Of a stretch of 64,000 nt of DNA, positions 1 through 11,891 are shown piece after piece. A program made the position numbers and the translations under genes. Source of the DNA: Gammaproteobacteria bacterium (lineage in GTDB: Bacteria > Pseudomonadota > Gammaproteobacteria > GCA-002705445 > GCA-002716945); assembly GCA_047611265.1 (NCBI GenBank), contig JBLFWM010000001.1, positions 14,592 through 78,591 on the forward strand, read 5' to 3'. Positions within the stretch are counted from its first letter, which is position 1; each line of letters begins with the position of its first letter. The notes under the pieces were generated by a model. That model searched no databases. It was given only the letters and a program-made list of their open reading frames with translations, and had not been told where the DNA came from.

Positions 1-363
1 CAGATTAGCTCTCGGATCCTCTTCATCCTCTTCTTCTGTCTCATTAGGGACAAGCATTCTAGATTTTATTTCAGCAAGTGTCGAAGCCATCACTAAATAA
101 TCCGATGCCAGTTCAAATTGCATTTCCTGCATCATATTAATATATTTTACATACTGATTAGTTATGGGCAATATTGGAATATCCACAACATCAATATTTT
201 GTTTTTTTATAAGATACAGTAAAAGATCAAGTGGTCCTTCAAACTGTTTTATAATAACCCTTAAGGCCTCAGGGGGTATAAAAAGATCCTCGGGAATATC
301 TGTAATTTCTTTACCATTAAATACAATACTTGTATCACTATTATTTGTATTGAACGTATTCAT
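1..363 (-). CDS. scpA: Segregation and condensation protein A (ScpA), N-terminal part; gene runs off the left edge
   Basis: Not in the ORF track because it is truncated. My translation from ATG 363-361 gives MNTFNTNNSDTSIVFNGKEITDIPEDLFIPPEALRVIIKQFEGPLDLLLYLIKKQNIDVVDIPILPITNQYVKYI... FEGPLDLLLxLI is the ScpA N-terminal signature. ATGA overlap with the trpS stop. Confidence 0.8.
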   Translation of the reverse strand, partial: MNTFNTNNSDTSIVFNGKEITDIPEDLFIPPEALRVIIKQFEGPLDLLLYLIKKQNIDVVDIPILPITNQYVKYINMMQEMQFELASDYLVMASTLAEIKSRMLVPNETEEEDEEDPRANL

Positions 364-1364
364 TTATTAATCATACCAACTTTATCATAAATATTTTTGA
401 TAGTTTTATTTGCTATCACTCTAGCTTTATTTGCTCCCTCGTCGAGAACCTTATCTAAGTATGTTTTATCTTTTAACAATTGATTTGTTTTTATAGAAAT
501 CGGCTCTACTATATTTATTATAACTTCAGCTAAATCTCTTTTAAACAATGATATCTCTTTAGACGCATACTTGGATATAACCTCTTCTTTTTTAATTAAT
601 CCACATGCGCTATATATATTAAGCAAATTATTAATCTCAAGTCTTGGCTCAGCTTCTTTTAGAGTATCTGGCATTTTTAAAGAGTCTGTTTTAGCTTTTT
701 TAATTTTCAAAGAAATCTGGTCGTTTGAATCTGTCATAAGAATTCTTGAATATTCAGAAATATCAGACTTACTCATTTTATTTGAACCATTTCTAAGACT
801 CATTATCCTTGTTGTCGACTTATTCATAAGTGGTTCTGGAAGAATAAAGCAGTCTTCATTATAGTCTGTATTAAATTTGTGAGCGATATCTCTAGCTAAT
901 TCTAGGTGCTGTTTTTGATCCTCTCCCACCGGAACATGGGAAGCTGAGTATAATAAAATATCAGCAGCCATTAGAATTGGATATGTATAAAGTCCTATTG
1001 AGGCATTCTCTCTGTTTTTACCAGCTTTATCTTTGAACTGTGTCATTCTATTTAACCACCCAACTCTAGCTGTACAGCTTAAAATCCAAGCTAATTGCGT
1101 GTGCTCAGGAACCTGTGATTGATTAAATATAATGTTTTTAGATTCATCTAACCCAGAGGCCAAAAATATTGCTAAAACCTCTCTAGTGCTGTTTTTTAAT
1201 GCTTCAGGATCTTGCCAAACTGTTATTGCATGAAGATCTACTATCGAGAAAATACTCTCATAATCAGTCTGATAGTTAACGAATTGTGTTATAGCGCCTA
1301 AATAGTTGCCTATATGTATTTCACCTGATGGTTGTACACCAGAAAAAATGACTTTATCACTCAT
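360..1364 (-). CDS. trpS: Tryptophan--tRNA ligase
   Basis: Class I aaRS motifs HIGNYLG and KMSKS. Length and overall sequence are typical of TrpRS. I prefer the start at MSDKVIFSG (ATG 1364) over the ORF-track start at 1400. Confidence 0.95.
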   Translation of the reverse strand: MSDKVIFSGVQPSGEIHIGNYLGAITQFVNYQTDYESIFSIVDLHAITVWQDPEALKNSTREVLAIFLASGLDESKNIIFNQSQVPEHTQLAWILSCTARVGWLNRMTQFKDKAGKNRENASIGLYTYPILMAADILLYSASHVPVGEDQKQHLELARDIAHKFNTDYNEDCFILPEPLMNKSTTRIMSLRNGSNKMSKSDISEYSRILMTDSNDQISLKIKKAKTDSLKMPDTLKEAEPRLEINNLLNIYSACGLIKKEEVISKYASKEISLFKRDLAEVIINIVEPISIKTNQLLKDKTYLDKVLDEGANKARVIANKTIKNIYDKVGMINK

Positions 1365-1459
1365 ATTATAATCCAAATATTTAGTATAATATTCTAACAT
1401 AAAGTTACATAACTCTCATTTGTTATATAAAAAAATGAAAACTACCCTATAATAATATC

Positions 1460-1726
1460 ATGAGCAAAAAAAGAATTAAATTAATCCAGGAAGGCCTTCA
1501 ATCTCTTAATCCATTGAAAATTGATATAATAGATGAAGGTCATTTGCATGTTGGTCATGCCGGAGCAAAATCCGGAGGACACTTTAAACTATATATTGTA
1601 AGTAATCACTTTAAAGGTCAAAGTATGATTGATAGACATAAGTTAATATATAAAAATTTAGATGAGCTAATGAAAACTGAAGTACATGCCCTCTCTATTA
1701 AAGCTGTGAGCCCAGAAGAGCTCTAG
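1460..1726 (+). CDS. BolA family protein
   Basis: 88 aa. The HLHVGHAGAKSGGHFKLYIVSNHFKGQSMIDRHKLIY pattern is typical of BolA/IbaG family proteins. Confidence 0.8.
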   Translation: MSKKRIKLIQEGLQSLNPLKIDIIDEGHLHVGHAGAKSGGHFKLYIVSNHFKGQSMIDRHKLIYKNLDELMKTEVHALSIKAVSPEEL

Positions 1727-2196
1727 TCTAATGTTTTCTTGTAAACTATAGCGTCTTCCTTTCCTAGAGAAGTCTTGTAGTAATCTTTTCTAAACCCAAT
1801 CTTTTTAAAACCATACTTTTCATATAATGCTATTGCAGACCCATTTGTTAAGCGTGTTTCTAATAAAAGCATTTCTGATTTTAGTATTGTACATTTATGA
1901 ATAACCATTTCTAAAAGTTCTGAACCAATACCATTATTACGATATTTTTTGTTTACCGTTAAATTTAGAACATGCGATTCAAAAGGAGTTACCTTAGAGA
2001 TAACATACCCAACAACAATATTATTATATGTTGCAAGATATGAATCATATCTATTCATAATACAATCTTTCAAAATATTTCGTGTCCATGGAAAATCATA
2101 TGATTGGCATTCCATATCATAAATATGATCCAGATCAACCATTTGGATATCCCTGTATTCTATAAATTGAGATAATTTAGCTGACATTAGAATCAA
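1723..2196 (-). CDS. rimI: GNAT N-acetyltransferase, RimI-like (ribosomal protein alanine acetyltransferase)
   Basis: 157 aa. GNAT acetyl-CoA motif RNNGIGSELLE. Size and sequence pattern resemble RimI. Confidence 0.7.
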   Translation of the reverse strand: MILMSAKLSQFIEYRDIQMVDLDHIYDMECQSYDFPWTRNILKDCIMNRYDSYLATYNNIVVGYVISKVTPFESHVLNLTVNKKYRNNGIGSELLEMVIHKCTILKSEMLLLETRLTNGSAIALYEKYGFKKIGFRKDYYKTSLGKEDAIVYKKTLD

Positions 2197-2830
2197 TTAT
2201 ACCTTTAAGATATTGCAAGTCATCCCAAACTTTCTTTTTCTGAGAAGGACTTCTTAAAATATATGCTGGGTGATAAAATACTATTATAGGAATATCATAT
2301 TTATCAATAAAAAATTTTTTGAGTCTAAGTTCAGACATGGGTATATCTTCGCCAAGTAATCTATTTGCAGCAATTTTTCCGAGTAGCACTAAAACCTTCG
2401 GTTTAATTATATTTATTTGCTGGTCTAAATAATCTGAGCATGCATTTATCTCTACTGTTTCAGGGTCTCTATTCTCAGGGGGTCTACATTTTATGGTATT
2501 TACAATAAAGACTAAATCTCTATTCAAGCCTATTGATTTTAGAAATTCATTTAAGAGTTTACCTGCTCGACCAATAAATGGTCTGCCGATCTCATCCTCT
2601 TCTCTGCCTGGAGCTTCCCCAATTATCATTATATTCGAGCCAGGATCTCCTTCACCAAATACCGTGTTTTTCCTTGTTTTATGTAAATTACATTTTTTAC
2701 ATTTTTTGACCACTTCATCAAGACTTGCAAGATTATTATTTTCAGAAGAAATATTTTGAGTTGATTTTTTAGTATACCAAGATACATCAATTCCCATTTC
2801 AGGAAAATATTTTTTAATGATGCTTACCAT
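2177..2830 (-). CDS. Uracil-DNA glycosylase, family 4
   Basis: GEGDPGSNIMIIGEAPGREEDEIGRPFIGRAGKLL is the family-4 UDG active-site motif. N-terminal CKKCNLHKTR cysteines are also present. Confidence 0.85.
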   Translation of the reverse strand: MVSIIKKYFPEMGIDVSWYTKKSTQNISSENNNLASLDEVVKKCKKCNLHKTRKNTVFGEGDPGSNIMIIGEAPGREEDEIGRPFIGRAGKLLNEFLKSIGLNRDLVFIVNTIKCRPPENRDPETVEINACSDYLDQQINIIKPKVLVLLGKIAANRLLGEDIPMSELRLKKFFIDKYDIPIIVFYHPAYILRSPSQKKKVWDDLQYLKGIIDSNVS

Positions 2831-4389
2831 TAAATTCCTCTTTTTTTAGAAGAATTAGCCTCGGGGTTTTCTTTAAATTTATTTAATGCATTAACTAATG
2901 CTAAAATTGAGGCCTTAACAATATCTGTATCGGCACCATGTCCATTAAAGACACTATTATTTTTAGTTATGCGGACTGTGACTTCACCCTGAGCATCAGT
3001 GCCAGATGTTATATTATTGACAGAATAAAGGGTTAGTTTGCAATCGCTTTTAACGATACTTTCAATTGCATTATAAGCTGCATCTACGGCACCATCCCCT
3101 GTTGATTTAGCTTCCTCAAGAACACCGTTTATCTCAAGTTTAATATGAGCATGGGGTTTTTTATTAGTTTCAGTAACAATATTCATATAGTTAAAATTAA
3201 TTAAATTTACAGAAACTTTTACATTAGATGAAAGGTTTATAAGGTCTTCATCAAATATTTCATGCTTTTTATCAGCTAAACTCTTGAACCTGTAAAACAA
3301 ATCATCAAAAGCTGAATTATCTTTGGGCATAATATTTAGATCAATCAGTTTCTGTTTGAAAGCATTTCTTCCAGAATGTTTTCCTAATACTAAAGAATTA
3401 CTTGCCAAACCAATATCTTCAGCTCTCATAATCTCATAAGTTTCACGAGATTTAATTATTCCATCCTGATGAATACCTGATTCATGGGCGAATGCATTCT
3501 TTCCTACTATTGCCTTATTTGGTTGGACAGGAAATCCTGTTATAGATGATACGAGCCTAGAACACTTTAATATTTTTTTTGAATTTATATTTGTATCACA
3601 TTTAAAAACATCTTGTCTGGTTCTAACCGTCATCACAATCTCTTCAAGAGCCGCGTTACCTGCTCTTTCCCCTAAACCATTAATTGTGCACTCAACCTGT
3701 CTAGCTCCATTTAATACTGCAGACAATGAATTGCCTACGGCAAGACCTAGATCATTATGGCAGTGTACTGAAAATATTGCTTTTTCAGAATTTGACACAT
3801 TTTTAATTATATTTTTAATTAATTCTCCAAACTGGTGAGGTAGATTATACCCAACTGTGTCAGGAATATTTATAGTTCTAGCTCCTGCATTTATTGCTGC
3901 TTCTATGACTTCACATAAAAATTTTAGCTCAGATCTTCCTGCATCTTCAGGCGAAAACTCTACATCATCAGTAAAAGTTTTTGCTAACTCTATTGCGGCA
4001 ACTGCTGTGGACAATACTTTTCCAGGTGTCATTTTTAATTTTTTCTCCATATGGATAGGAGACGTCGCAATAAAAGTATGTATTCTAGGAAATTTTGCAT
4101 CCTTCAATGATTCTGCAGCAGTTGAAATATCCTTGTCTAAAGCTCTTGCAAGAGCACAGATACTTGAGCCTGTTACTACTTTAGATATTTCTTGTACAGA
4201 TTTAAAATCACCAGAACTAGCTATAGGAAAACCAGCTTCAATAATATCTACATTTAACTCTTCTAACGCAATGGCAATTTTCATTTTTTCATCGACATCC
4301 ATAGATGCGCCAGGACTTTGTTCCCCATCTCTTAGAGTTGTATCAAAAATTATTAACTTTTTATCATTCATACTATTAGGTAAATTCAA
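2830..4389 (-). CDS. leuA: 2-isopropylmalate synthase
   Basis: 519 aa. Contains IFDTTLRDGEQSPG and HCHNDLGLAVGNS motifs plus a C-terminal LeuA dimerisation/regulatory domain. Confidence 0.95.
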   Translation of the reverse strand: MNLPNSMNDKKLIIFDTTLRDGEQSPGASMDVDEKMKIAIALEELNVDIIEAGFPIASSGDFKSVQEISKVVTGSSICALARALDKDISTAAESLKDAKFPRIHTFIATSPIHMEKKLKMTPGKVLSTAVAAIELAKTFTDDVEFSPEDAGRSELKFLCEVIEAAINAGARTINIPDTVGYNLPHQFGELIKNIIKNVSNSEKAIFSVHCHNDLGLAVGNSLSAVLNGARQVECTINGLGERAGNAALEEIVMTVRTRQDVFKCDTNINSKKILKCSRLVSSITGFPVQPNKAIVGKNAFAHESGIHQDGIIKSRETYEIMRAEDIGLASNSLVLGKHSGRNAFKQKLIDLNIMPKDNSAFDDLFYRFKSLADKKHEIFDEDLINLSSNVKVSVNLINFNYMNIVTETNKKPHAHIKLEINGVLEEAKSTGDGAVDAAYNAIESIVKSDCKLTLYSVNNITSGTDAQGEVTVRITKNNSVFNGHGADTDIVKASILALVNALNKFKENPEANSSKKRGI

Positions 4390-4518
4390 GTTAAGTAAAT
4401 TAAATTAAAAACTATAATGACAGTTTTAAAAAATCATTTAAAAAGAGGAGATTAATTATAGAAATTGATTTAATCATAACTGAAACTTTATATTAAATAT
4501 GTAAATTTGCAAGAAATA

Positions 4519-5294
4519 TTAAGGCTTTGTAGAGGTTTTCTCTTTAGAGAATGACTTTTTTTTCTTAACTATTCTTATTAGATACATGCTTGGACCTGAT
4601 AACGCATAAAGCAAGAAAAAGGAGAATAATACTAATGGGGGATCAAAAGATATAAATGAAATTATTAATGTAATTAGAAATAAAGTGATATGCGGTACTT
4701 TGTGGCGAATATCAAAATCTTTAAAGCTATAGTAAGTAATATTGCTAATCATAAAAAATGATAGTATTGGCAAAATAAATAATCCCACCCATATATAGTG
4801 CATATATCCATTTACCATTGTCTCTACTATCCATACATATGTGATAATAACTGCCGATGATGCAGGGCTGGCTAATCCTATAAAATATTTTTTATCCTGG
4901 GTTTGTATTTTTGAGTTAAATCTAGCTAATCTAATAGCGGCTGAAGCGACATAAATAAAGCAACATATCAATACAATTTTAGAAGAATCTAAATTTAAAA
5001 TTAAATTTTGATCAGCCCATGTATACAACATTATTGCAGGGGCTAACCCAAAACAAATCATATCTGATAAACTATCGTAGTTTTCTCCAAATACTGTTTG
5101 AGTATTCGTTAATCTAGCAATTCTTCCATCCAAACCATCAAGAACCATCGCGATGAGTATAGCTAAAGATGCAATAATGAAGTCACCATTTATTGAAGAT
5201 ATAATTGCATAGAATCCGCTAAATAAAGCGGAGGTAGTAATTAAATTTGGAAGAAGAAATACGCCTCTCAATCTCTTCTTTTTTTCTTCAATCA

Positions 5295-5295
<1 letters not shown>
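4519..5295 (-). CDS. pssA: CDP-diacylglycerol--serine O-phosphatidyltransferase
   Basis: CDP-alcohol phosphatidyltransferase motif DGLDGRIAR...SLSD. Multi-pass membrane protein with a PssA-type N-terminus (LLPNLITTSALFSGFYAI). Confidence 0.85.
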
Positions 5296-6826
<1,531 letters not shown>

Positions 6827-6828
6827 AT

Positions 6829-8556
6829 TTACGCAAGCTCCGTATCTTTTCCAGTGGGCGATAAATGCATTTCATTATGGGCCTGACCACTTTTAATCAT
6901 TGGATAAACATTTTCTTCTTGATCAGTAATAATATCTACAAAAACTAATCTATCTTTTAAGTCCATAGCTTCTTTCAACTTACTTTTTAATTCTGAGGGT
7001 TTTTCAATTTTAATACCGACATGTCCGAAACTAGATGCTAGCTGGACAAAGTCAGGTATAGCTTCCATATAAGACATTGCATACCTACCTTCATAAAAAA
7101 ATTCTTGCCATTGCCTAACCATTCCCATATACCTATTATTAAGGGTTATAATTTTTATTGGTAGTCTATATTGCAAACAAGTTGCTAATTCTTGTATACA
7201 CATTAATATGCTAGCCTCACCAGTTACACAAATAACTTCAGATTTTGGGTAAGCTAACTGCACGCCCATTGCAGCAGGAAGTCCAAAACCCATGGTCCCG
7301 AGGCCTCCAGAGTTGATCCATCTATTTGGTTTATCAAATTTATAATATTGAGCAGCCCACATTTGATGCTGGCCAACATCAGAAGTTACATATGCATCAC
7401 CTTTAGTGATCTCATATAAGGCCTCTATTACAGACTGAGGTTTAATAACTTTGTCAGATTTCTTATAGGACAGGCATTTTTTTGTTCTCCACTTGTCAAT
7501 CTGAACCCACCATTTTTTAAGAGCTGATTTATTAATATCTTTTAAATATGGTTTAATAGCTACATTCAAACCTTTTAAAATACTTGATGTTTCTCCAACA
7601 AGCGAAAGATCTACTTCTATGATCTTAGATATAGAAGAAGGGTCTACATCTATATGTATAATTTTTGCAGATGGACAAAATTTTGATGTGTCACCTGTAA
7701 CTCTATCATCAAATCTAGCTCCAACTGCTAATAAAACATCACAATCATGCATTGCCATATTAGCCTCATAAGTACCATGCATTCCTAGCATTCCTAGAAA
7801 CTGATTATCCGTAGCAGGGTAGCCACCAAGACCCATTAATGTGTTAGTTATAGGGTATCCAATATTTTTAACAAGAGCGGCTAACTCTTTGTGGGCATTA
7901 CCTAAAATTACTCCTCCTCCCGCATAAATCATTGGTTTCTTTGCAGAAGCTAGTAATTTAGCAGCTTCATCAATTTTTGACTTAGATTCTGAAATGGGAG
8001 CCTTATAAGACCTTAATTTTATTTTTTTTGGATACTCAAAATTTATTTTAACTTTAGGATCAGTTAAATCTTTAGGGATATCTATGAGGACAGGGCCGGG
8101 ACGACCAGTTGTTGCAATAATAAAAGCTTTCTTAAAAACCTCTGCTATTGATTCTCTGCTGTCTACTAAAAAATTATGTTTTGTTACAGGTCTTGTTATA
8201 CCTGTTGCATCTGCCTCTTGAAAAGCATCGCTACCAACGTATTCTCTTGGTACTTGACCAGAGATTATAATCATCGGTACCGAGTCCATATGAGCTGTAG
8301 CCAATCCAGTAATACAATTTGTAATACCTGGACCTGATGTAACTAAAACAACACCGGGTTTACCGCAAGCTCTAGCATACCCATCTGCTGCATGAGTAGC
8401 ACCTTGTTCATGTCTAGTTAGGATATGTTTAATTTTCTTATCCCCAAATAATGCATCATATATGTGTAGTACTGCCCCACCTGGATACCCAAAGATAAAG
8501 TCAACGCCTTCTTTCTTTAAACATTCTATAATTATTTGCGATCCACTTAATTTCAT
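6829..8556 (-). CDS. ilvI: Acetolactate synthase large (catalytic) subunit
   Basis: 575 aa ThDP enzyme with GYPGGAVLHIYDAL, SGPGITN and GGLGTMGFGLPAAMG motifs. Confidence 0.95.
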   Translation of the reverse strand: MKLSGSQIIIECLKKEGVDFIFGYPGGAVLHIYDALFGDKKIKHILTRHEQGATHAADGYARACGKPGVVLVTSGPGITNCITGLATAHMDSVPMIIISGQVPREYVGSDAFQEADATGITRPVTKHNFLVDSRESIAEVFKKAFIIATTGRPGPVLIDIPKDLTDPKVKINFEYPKKIKLRSYKAPISESKSKIDEAAKLLASAKKPMIYAGGGVILGNAHKELAALVKNIGYPITNTLMGLGGYPATDNQFLGMLGMHGTYEANMAMHDCDVLLAVGARFDDRVTGDTSKFCPSAKIIHIDVDPSSISKIIEVDLSLVGETSSILKGLNVAIKPYLKDINKSALKKWWVQIDKWRTKKCLSYKKSDKVIKPQSVIEALYEITKGDAYVTSDVGQHQMWAAQYYKFDKPNRWINSGGLGTMGFGLPAAMGVQLAYPKSEVICVTGEASILMCIQELATCLQYRLPIKIITLNNRYMGMVRQWQEFFYEGRYAMSYMEAIPDFVQLASSFGHVGIKIEKPSELKSKLKEAMDLKDRLVFVDIITDQEENVYPMIKSGQAHNEMHLSPTGKDTELA

Positions 8557-8644
8557 AACTTCCCTTGTTTTATAACCAGTCTATAATACATCTTTTTTAG
8601 TAAATCATCATTATTTATTGATAATTTCCATTAATATATAGCAA

Positions 8645-9262
8645 TTATTGATAGACTAAGTAACCATTAAAATCACCATATATATAATATAAGAAACATT
8701 TCATAATTTCTGACACAACCATCTTTATTGCGCCCTTATCCTGTTTCCAGTCACCAATGTTATCTATATAAAAAAAATCTATTTGAACTTTTTGGTCAAA
8801 TGTATTAAATATTTTTTTAACTCTATATATATGGAATTTATTAGTAACAATTAAAACATTTTGTATGTCAGATGAATTAATTTTACTAAAAAATCTTGCT
8901 TCATCATATGTACTTTTATTATCTACGCCAAATAAAACAATATTCTTTCTTAAAATATTATTTTTTAGAAGAATATCTATGTATTTTTCATAAACTCTCT
9001 TCTCGTCAGATGAATTAATATAATTTTTAACTATCGAAGCTTCCTTACTCAAATATATAAATTTAGCATCTTTTTCAAAAAATAATTTACTACCAACAAC
9101 TGCCCTATCTGGATTTCCAGATAAAATAACAATTGCATCATAGCTTGAATCAATACGCCCTATTTCTGGATTAGTTATTTTGAATAATAAATAAAAAGTT
9201 ATTATTGATAATAATACTGCCACTAAACCGATGGCTGATAACAGTCTATTAAGGTAAAGCAA
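8645..9262 (-). CDS. DUF218 (YdcF/ElyC-like) membrane-anchored protein
   Basis: N-terminal TM helix followed by a DAIVILSGNPDRA...VTNKFHIYR pattern typical of DUF218. Confidence 0.6.
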   Translation of the reverse strand: MLYLNRLLSAIGLVAVLLSIITFYLLFKITNPEIGRIDSSYDAIVILSGNPDRAVVGSKLFFEKDAKFIYLSKEASIVKNYINSSDEKRVYEKYIDILLKNNILRKNIVLFGVDNKSTYDEARFFSKINSSDIQNVLIVTNKFHIYRVKKIFNTFDQKVQIDFFYIDNIGDWKQDKGAIKMVVSEIMKCFLYYIYGDFNGYLVYQ

Positions 9263-9266
9263 AACT

Positions 9267-9497
9267 CTAATTCTTTTTTAATAAAAAATAAAATTTATTG
9301 TCTTTCTCTTCCGTGCTCAATAATTCATTTCCTGTTTGATTAGCAAATGACTCAAAATCTTTAACTGCTCCGGGGTCAGTTGATATTATTTTCAACGTCT
9401 GCCCAGCATCCATTCCGTTAATTTCTTTCTTAGCTTTTATTATGGGCAAGGGACAATTAAGTCCACTAGTATCCAATTCTTTATCAAAATCTGACAT
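9267..9497 (-). CDS. TusA-family sulfurtransferase
   Basis: 76 aa. LDTSGLNCPLPIIKAKKEI contains the TusA CPxP active-site cysteine motif. Confidence 0.8.
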   Translation of the reverse strand: MSDFDKELDTSGLNCPLPIIKAKKEINGMDAGQTLKIISTDPGAVKDFESFANQTGNELLSTEEKDNKFYFLLKKN

Positions 9498-9571
9498 GCA
9501 CTTTCCTTTGGGTTATAATGGTTATTATGTGTATTATTAATATATACTAATTTATTAATGTTCTATGTTCT

Positions 9572-11023
9572 ATGTTAGTTACTATAAAAAAATATTCAAC
9601 CTCTTTTTTTCTAACAATATCATTCCTTTTTATAGATATTCCTTTTGCGTATAGTATAGACCAAATACCAGAGCTTGGTGATCCATACAGCGAGACTCTT
9701 CCTCTTAAACAAGAAGATATTATTGGCATGGGAACATATCGTAGACTACAAAAATATGGTTATATTAATAATAACCCCCTGGTTATCTCCTACATTAACT
9801 ATCTTGGTAACAAGTTATCGAGAAGCACAATGGATACAAACAGAACATATCAATTTTTTGTGGTTCAGTCAGACCAAATAAATGCATTTGCAGTACCGGG
9901 AGGTTACATAGGGATAAATATAGGTTTAATACTTTTATCTGAAAATGAAGCCCAGTTGGCAGGGGTAGTATCACATGAAATTGCACATATTAAGCTCAGA
10001 CATTCAGCTGAAATGATTGCCAGCGCAAGCATGAGTAATATACCAATGTGGATAGGGATAATTGCTGGAATTTTTGCAGGTAACCCCCGAGCTTCTATCG
10101 CGGCCATGAGAGCCGGTATTGGTTTGTCTGCACAAATGAATGTTAACTTAATTAGAACAAATGAAATTGAGGCTGATGATTATGGTGTAGAGATTATGCA
10201 TAAAGCAAATTATGATTTATCAGAGATGGCTAGTTTTTTTGACAAAATGGAAAATTCTACAGGAGAAATATCAAGGAACTTAGAATATTTGTCGACCCAC
10301 CCAATGTATGAAAACCGGATTGCTAACATACAAAATAGATCATCTGTGCAAAATAACTCTATAAAGAATAGTACTGATGATTATCTTTATATTAAAAATA
10401 TTCTTAGCGTTTCTGTCACTAGCGATATAACTAAAAATATAAAATCAATAACTAATAAAGACAAGTATAGTCAGCATAAGTTGGCGCTTCTATATTATAA
10501 AAGATCTGATTACAAAAATGCATATGACGCTATATTGCCAACCTACAAGGTTAATCCAAATAACTTATATATATCAATTCTGTATGCAAATATATTAATT
10601 GGTCAAGGTGAAATAGATAAAGCTCTGGAAGTTTTAAACAGATTAAAAAATATTTATCCACTAAATACCGTTGTGTCTCTTTCTATTGCTGAAATATTGA
10701 TCGAGAATAATCTAAACTTAGGTTATGCCGCAAGATTGTTAGACCCTCTAGAAATACATTATAGTTTAAACCCAAACTACTTAAGATTATCTTCAAAGCT
10801 TCATACGCTGAAAAAGAATGAGTTTAAAGCGACAATATTTAGGTCAAATTACTATGAGCTTTTAGATGACATGGGGCTAGCATTGGAAGTTCTATCTAAC
10901 TCAATTAGATCAAGCAAGATAAGTATAGAGCAAAAGAAAATACTTGAAGCTAAAAAAATCAATATTATTTGTGGTAACCCAAGACCATTGGAGCCAATAT
11001 TTGGTGAAAAAACTTGTAATTAA
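9572..11023 (+). CDS. M48 family metalloprotease with TPR domain (BepA-like)
   Basis: Signal peptide, HEIAHIKLRH zinc motif (HExxH), C-terminal TPR-like repeats, 483 aa. This is the same architecture as BepA/YfgC. Confidence 0.75.
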   Translation: MLVTIKKYSTSFFLTISFLFIDIPFAYSIDQIPELGDPYSETLPLKQEDIIGMGTYRRLQKYGYINNNPLVISYINYLGNKLSRSTMDTNRTYQFFVVQSDQINAFAVPGGYIGINIGLILLSENEAQLAGVVSHEIAHIKLRHSAEMIASASMSNIPMWIGIIAGIFAGNPRASIAAMRAGIGLSAQMNVNLIRTNEIEADDYGVEIMHKANYDLSEMASFFDKMENSTGEISRNLEYLSTHPMYENRIANIQNRSSVQNNSIKNSTDDYLYIKNILSVSVTSDITKNIKSITNKDKYSQHKLALLYYKRSDYKNAYDAILPTYKVNPNNLYISILYANILIGQGEIDKALEVLNRLKNIYPLNTVVSLSIAEILIENNLNLGYAARLLDPLEIHYSLNPNYLRLSSKLHTLKKNEFKATIFRSNYYELLDDMGLALEVLSNSIRSSKISIEQKKILEAKKINIICGNPRPLEPIFGEKTCN

Positions 11024-11070
11024 AGTAGTTTTTTTCTATACAGATAGGTACTATAATGTATTAGAAAATT

Positions 11071-11412
11071 ATGAACAATATAAAAGTTTTAATTACTACC
11101 ATTATATTTAGCTTATGTCTTGGAAATACAGCTTATTCTGGTGATATTGAAGAAGGTAAAAAATTAGCTTTTGATAGAAAAAAAGGTAACTGTTTGGCCT
11201 GTCATATGATAGATGATGGAGAGTTGGCTGGTAATAATGGTCCTCCGTTAATAGCAATGAAAGCAAGGTTCCCGAATAAACAAGATTTATTTGATCAAAT
11301 TTGGGACCCAACTGAAAATGACCCAGACTCATTCATGCCTCCCTTTGGAAAGCATGGAGCTATATCTAAAACTGAAATTAATAAAATAATAGAGTATTTA
11401 TATACTCTTTGA
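11071..11412 (+). CDS. soxX: Sulfur oxidation c-type cytochrome SoxX
   Basis: Signal peptide and a single haem motif CLACH followed by MIDD. Lies immediately upstream of soxYZA. Confidence 0.8.
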   Translation: MNNIKVLITTIIFSLCLGNTAYSGDIEEGKKLAFDRKKGNCLACHMIDDGELAGNNGPPLIAMKARFPNKQDLFDQIWDPTENDPDSFMPPFGKHGAISKTEINKIIEYLYTL

Positions 11413-11885
11413 GGAAAATTATGAATAGAAGAAATTTTTTAAAGAATTCTCTTATGACTGCAGCCACTATAACAACTTTTTCAGGTTTAATGATTAAACC
11501 AAAAAGATTATATGCGGCATGGCCAAAAGCATCCTTTGATATCACAGATTTAAATGACTCGATTAATAGTGTATACGGACATAATGATTTAAATGAAAGC
11601 TCAGAAGTTATGCTTAAAGCTCCTGATATTGCAGAAAATGGAGCAATTGTTCCTTTGAATGTAAAAACAAAACTTAAAAATGTTGAGTCAATAATGATAT
11701 TTGTTGAAAATAATCCTCAGCCTTTATCTAGTGGTTACAATTTAAGCTCTAAATCAGTACCAACTGTTGGAACAAGAATTAAAATGGGTAACACTTCAAA
11801 AGTAATAGCGGCCGTAAAAAGTAATGGCAAAATATATACCGCTTCTAAAGAAGTGAAAGTAACAATTGGCGGATGTGGAGGTTAG
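11409..11885 (+). CDS. soxY: Thiosulfate oxidation carrier protein SoxY
   Basis: Tat signal RRNFLK and the diagnostic C-terminal GGCGG swinging-arm motif. Confidence 0.9.
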   Translation: MRKIMNRRNFLKNSLMTAATITTFSGLMIKPKRLYAAWPKASFDITDLNDSINSVYGHNDLNESSEVMLKAPDIAENGAIVPLNVKTKLKNVESIMIFVENNPQPLSSGYNLSSKSVPTVGTRIKMGNTSKVIAAVKSNGKIYTASKEVKVTIGGCGG

Positions 11886-11891
11886 ATAATT

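Noticed and set aside
164-370. ORF-track ORF of 68 aa on the plus strand at the left edge.
   Set aside because: It is antisense to a clear ScpA N-terminal coding sequence (FEGPLDLLLYLI motif) that is coupled to trpS, and its product has no recognisable features.
9561-9574. Tandem 7-nt duplication ttctatg-ttctatg spanning the BepA-like start codon.
   Set aside because: It has only two copies and is 14 nt in total. The upstream ATG is out of frame. There is no evidence of function, so it is probably a trivial slippage duplication.
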